Source of the DNA: Nitrospirota bacterium
GTDB taxonomy: Bacteria; Nitrospirota; Thermodesulfovibrionia; Thermodesulfovibrionales; Dissulfurispiraceae
DNA length: 22,451 bases
Reading direction: 5' to 3'
NCBI GenBank assembly: GCA_040754455.1
Contig: JBFMCP010000043.1
Location: 1 to 22,451, forward strand
Shown: one piece after another, positions 19,144-22,451 of the stretch
Numbering within the stretch: position 1 is the stretch's first letter
Layout of the letters: every line of letters starts with the position of its first letter
Notes under the pieces: generated by a model
What the model saw: the letters and a program-made list of their open reading frames with translations, nothing else
Told to the model about the DNA's origin: nothing
Database searches by the model: none
Position numbers and translations under genes: made by a program

Positions 19144-19953
19144 ATGAATCAGCAGGAGAAACCAGCAATCTACGAAGACGAGATTAATCTCTATGATTAC
19201 TGTAAGGTGATTGTAAAAAGAAAATCCCTTATCATAGGATTATTTCTTGTCGCTATCCTTGCATCAGCGATAATAAGTTTTCTAATGCCAAAGATTTACA
19301 GGGGAGAGGTCGTTTTAAAACTAACGACAAAAGAACTAACGACAAAAGAACTAACGACAAAAGAACTAACGACAAAAGAACTGCTCTCCATTATAGGCAA
19401 GCCCGATGGTGAGAGGATAAAAACCATACTGCCAAAGACCCATAATTTTGTATCTGGCATAACGCTCAATGAACTCAAGGGCTCTGCGGATAAATTACAG
19501 GTATTCATAGAATCAAAAAACCCTGACAGGATTCCCGATATCATAGCAGAACTTGTTGAATATATGAACAACTATCCTTTAATAAAAAGATATGTCGAGC
19601 AGGAAAAGGAAAGACTCTTAAAACAATCCGAGGAGCTATCAAAAATAATAGAGGATTCGACGGAATTAAAAAATAATTACAAAAAAATGCTGACGGCTGG
19701 AAGGCTTATACCGATCGGCTTTAATCCCATTGATTTAGATAAAAGGCTCTCGGATTTAAAGATAGAGAAGATCGTCGTGGAACAGGCTATTAGAAATCTT
19801 AAGGGTATGGAGATTGTAGGGCAATTATATGTTTCTAGAAATCCTGTAAAGCCAAGGACAACAATGAATATAGCCCTTGCAGGTATAACCAGCCTTTTTG
19901 CAGGGATATTTATAGTCTTTCTTATGGAATATAGTGAGAGAGCGGTAAAGTAA
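19144..19953 (+). CDS. wzz: Wzz/FepE-type polysaccharide chain-length determinant (co-polymerase)
   Basis: EDEINLYDY.KVI.KRK, TM1 followed by PKIY, a periplasmic coiled coil, and PVKP...NIALAG plus TM2. It has an AGGAGG Shine-Dalgarno site. Confidence 0.88.
   Translation: MNQQEKPAIYEDEINLYDYCKVIVKRKSLIIGLFLVAILASAIISFLMPKIYRGEVVLKLTTKELTTKELTTKELTTKELLSIIGKPDGERIKTILPKTHNFVSGITLNELKGSADKLQVFIESKNPDRIPDIIAELVEYMNNYPLIKRYVEQEKERLLKQSEELSKIIEDSTELKNNYKKMLTAGRLIPIGFNPIDLDKRLSDLKIEKIVVEQAIRNLKGMEIVGQLYVSRNPVKPRTTMNIALAGITSLFAGIFIVFLMEYSERAVK
19321..19380 (+). repeat. Perfect in-frame tandem repeat (CTAACGACAAAAGAA)x4
   Basis: Four exact 15-bp copies encoding (LTTKE)4 inside wzz. Confidence 0.98.
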
Positions 19954-20102
19954 TGCTACTGTAAAGCGTAGGAGCAACGCAAAGGGCGAAGAGCAGAGGA
20001 GAAAGCTTCCCGATGTGTTCAAACAAAGACGTTCAGATGTAGAATGGTAGGATATAAAGATGTGTAAATGGGATGTGTCCCTAATTTATTCCAATCTTGT
20101 AA

Positions 20103-20128
20103 AATGTCAAGAATCAAGACCTGACCCC
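20103..20128 (+). repeat. 26-bp direct repeat, copy 2
   Basis: AATGTCAAGAATCAAGACCTGACCCC, followed immediately by a partial copy TCTGACCCCC (20131-20140). Confidence 0.95.
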
Positions 20129-20155
20129 TTTCTGACCCCCTTCTCATGAATAATT

Positions 20156-20215
20156 TATTCTACTGAGCATCTTTTTGAAATATCTCTGTTCAGAATGGCT
20201 TGCTATCATGCCCAA
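20156..20215 (+). pseudogene. Internal fragment of a HEPN-domain gene
   Basis: Translates to YSTEHLFEISLFRMACYHAQ, resembling the N-terminal HEPN motif A..L.....Y...C(F/Y)HAQQ..EK. It has no start of its own and is cut off after HAQ. Confidence 0.55.
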
Positions 20216-20293
20216 CGCTCCGTCTCATGACCCCTGTCCCTCTTTTTCCGTTCCTGTTTTTCCCTCGATTGTGTATTTTGTAGGTTTTTTTCT

Positions 20294-22156
20294 ATGTGTA
20301 GTATAGGTGGCGTTGTTCTTAGGCCTGGTGTGGCTTTAGATATCCGTTCTGTTTTGGAAAGGATGCTTTCTATTCAGCATCATCGGGGGCCTGACGGACA
20401 AGGGTACTGGTGGGATACTAAATCTTCGATAGGCCTTTGTCATAATCGTCTTGCCATTCTTGACCTGTCCGAAAATGGTAGACAGCCAATGCAAAGCAGT
20501 AATGGTATTTTAACAATTGTATTCAATGGGGAAATTTATAATTGGCGGGAGTTACGCAGGCAGCTTGAAGCCAAAGGGATACGATTCCATACAGGCACAG
20601 ATACGGAAGTATTGTTGGAGGCTTATAGAGAGTTTGGGACTGAGGTCCCTCAATATCTGCGCGGTATGTTTTCTTTTGCCGTGCATGATAGCAGGGATGG
20701 TTCTTTATTTTGCGCCCGTGATCGTGTTGGGAAAAAACCATTCGTCTATGCTGAAACTTCAAATGGGTTTGCCTTTGCCTCCGAAATTCCCGCAGTACTT
20801 GCCATGCCCGGCTGTGACACAACGCTAAATCATGCGGCTGTTGCAGGTATGTTGATTCATAATGTCAGGCACATCCCCGACCCTCATACTGCATATCTTG
20901 GTTTAAAGCGATTGAGACCAGGTCATGCAATGCTTGTCAAAGAAGGCAAGGTAGAACGAGTATGGCGTTACTGGAACCCACAGGCTGCTTCTGAACCGTC
21001 TACTCCGAAAAGGCTTCGTGAATTGCTGGAAGAATCGGTAAGATTGAGAATGGTCGCAGATGTGCCAGTGGGAGCATTGCTATCTGGAGGTGTTGATAGT
21101 TCATCTGTGGTGAATTTGATGCAACGGTTTTCTGGAGAACCAATTCGTACTTATGCTCTTGGTTTTGACAAGGACGATGAGGATCTCAGACGTGCCAGGG
21201 TAATGGCAGAAAAACTGGGATGCATACATAAGGAATTTTATTTTGATCCAGATCGCCAGCTAAAAGTATTCCGTAAAATATTGTCTACCTATGGGGAGCC
21301 AATAATGCTTCTACCGCTGATTCATACGTATGAACTTTGTCGAGAGATACGGGATGATGGAATTAAGGTTGTGCTTGCTGGCCATGGGGCGGACGAGCTT
21401 TTCTATGGCTACACTGGACATCTTCGCACAGCATTGATTTCAGCGGTACTCCCCTGGCTTTTTCCATTGTCGCCCCTTGTGAAGCTACTTCCCGATAAGT
21501 TATGTCGTGGGCCCCTGGCACTAGTTGCAGCACAGGACGGATGTCGGAAAGCAGCGATTTACCGGAATGATGAAAAAGTGGCTTGGTCTAGAATTATTAA
21601 CCCCGATATTAAAAAAGAACTCATTAATATAGTTGCGGAGGAGCTTGAATACTGGGGCAAACTATTACCGCCAGGCCCTTATATTGATGAATCAAATTTT
21701 GTAGCTTTGATGGTTGAAAATACCCATTCGGTGACTATTGCAAGTGATCTCCCGGCTATGATGGCTTCTGTTGAGATGCGTGCTCCTTTTTTAGATCAGA
21801 AGATAGTATCATTTGCTCTAGCTACTCACTATCGCAAAAAAGTCACAAGCTTTAGAGACAGCAGTCGTCTTAAACATATCTTGAAGATTGCAGTAGATGA
21901 TTTGGTACCCCATGATTTGCTTTATGCGCCCAAAAGAGGTTTTGGTATGGGGATACAGGAGAAGATGGTGTTGCAAGGACCTTGGAAAAGATATGCTGAG
22001 GAAGTTTTTGCTTCGCTTAATGATTTAGGGGGATTGTTTGATAGAAAGAGCATTCGTCACCTATGGGAACAGCATAATACCGATAATACAGTAGATTCCA
22101 GCTTTATTGCCAGATTGTTTGCGATACAGATGTGGGCAAATCATTTGTCAGAGTAA
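20294..22156 (+). CDS. asnB: Asparagine synthase-like glutamine amidotransferase (probable polysaccharide amidation)
   Basis: N-terminal nucleophile MCSIGG, HRGPDGQG, HNRLAILDL, FNGEIYN, RDRVGKKP, LLSGGVDSS, GHGADELF.GY, E.RAPFLD and PKRGF. Confidence 0.93.
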   Translation: MCSIGGVVLRPGVALDIRSVLERMLSIQHHRGPDGQGYWWDTKSSIGLCHNRLAILDLSENGRQPMQSSNGILTIVFNGEIYNWRELRRQLEAKGIRFHTGTDTEVLLEAYREFGTEVPQYLRGMFSFAVHDSRDGSLFCARDRVGKKPFVYAETSNGFAFASEIPAVLAMPGCDTTLNHAAVAGMLIHNVRHIPDPHTAYLGLKRLRPGHAMLVKEGKVERVWRYWNPQAASEPSTPKRLRELLEESVRLRMVADVPVGALLSGGVDSSSVVNLMQRFSGEPIRTYALGFDKDDEDLRRARVMAEKLGCIHKEFYFDPDRQLKVFRKILSTYGEPIMLLPLIHTYELCREIRDDGIKVVLAGHGADELFYGYTGHLRTALISAVLPWLFPLSPLVKLLPDKLCRGPLALVAAQDGCRKAAIYRNDEKVAWSRIINPDIKKELINIVAEELEYWGKLLPPGPYIDESNFVALMVENTHSVTIASDLPAMMASVEMRAPFLDQKIVSFALATHYRKKVTSFRDSSRLKHILKIAVDDLVPHDLLYAPKRGFGMGIQEKMVLQGPWKRYAEEVFASLNDLGGLFDRKSIRHLWEQHNTDNTVDSSFIARLFAIQMWANHLSE

Positions 22157-22163
22157 GGGGGTA

Positions 22164-22451
22164 ATGATGGAGACTAAACAGACTAAACAAACAGTCGATA
22201 CCTGTAATTCTTTTGAGTGGGAATGGACAGAAAAGCAGGTTTTTGAGAGCAAAAAAACATTTTACCGCAAACTGTTTGAGTCTAGAGGCGTATTGTAACC
22301 TCTCACAATATTCTATCCTTCAAGGCGGCATTTTTCTTATAATCATCTGACCCGATTCGGGAAAGTAACAGAATCAACTGACCTGGAAGAGAAAGGGCAG
22401 CCGGGACGTTTTCTGTTTGGCGACAGTTCCCGAGTGCCCTTTCCAAAAGCA
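22164..22451 (+). pseudogene. Interrupted ORF, possibly a class I SAM methyltransferase (runs off the window)
   Basis: The ATG at 22164/22167 has an AAGGGGGT Shine-Dalgarno site. After 44 codons (...TCNSFEWEW...) there is a TAA at 22296-22298. The same frame then stays open to the window end (...HLTRFGKVTESTDL...FLFGDSSRVPFPKA). Confidence 0.35.

Noticed and set aside
20209..20240. Integron attC site (GCCCAAC fits RYYYAAC)
   Set aside because: There is no matching GTTRRRY at a suitable distance and no integrase. The bases are better explained as the HAQ codons of the HEPN relic.

Overview
Bacterial chromosomal window in two parts. The lineage is tentatively Nitrospirota or Desulfobacterota-like, inferred from gene content and repeat style and not verified. 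Positions 1-14 kb are GC-rich housekeeping DNA: tRNA-Leu(CAA), a CDF transporter, tgt, an orphan GAF-containing sensor kinase, class II ribonucleotide reductase (nrdJ) with two NrdR boxes over its promoter, a dCMP-type deaminase, a DksA/TraR protein, a methyltransferase relic, rmuC, a LOG-family protein and trpEGD. From 14.2 kb a surface-polysaccharide locus begins, and it is visibly AT-richer after about 17.3 kb. It holds an RfaH-like NusG paralog followed by a perfect ops site (GGCGGTAGCCTG), an epimerase, ugd, a frameshifted MNT with a stub of its partner gene, an intact MntA-HepT pair, a wzz-like gene with a perfect 4x15-bp in-frame repeat, an asnB-like amidotransferase and an interrupted ORF at the window edge. 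The most notable observations are (1) a locally encoded RfaH/ops pair in an apparently non-enteric genome and (2) spacers around wzz made of same-orientation (C/T)TG(A/T)CCC motifs, including an exact 26-bp direct repeat, that enclose short relics of toxin genes (HicA-like, HEPN-like). The second pattern suggests motif-directed cassette gain and loss. All protein calls are motif recognition by eye; no searches were run.
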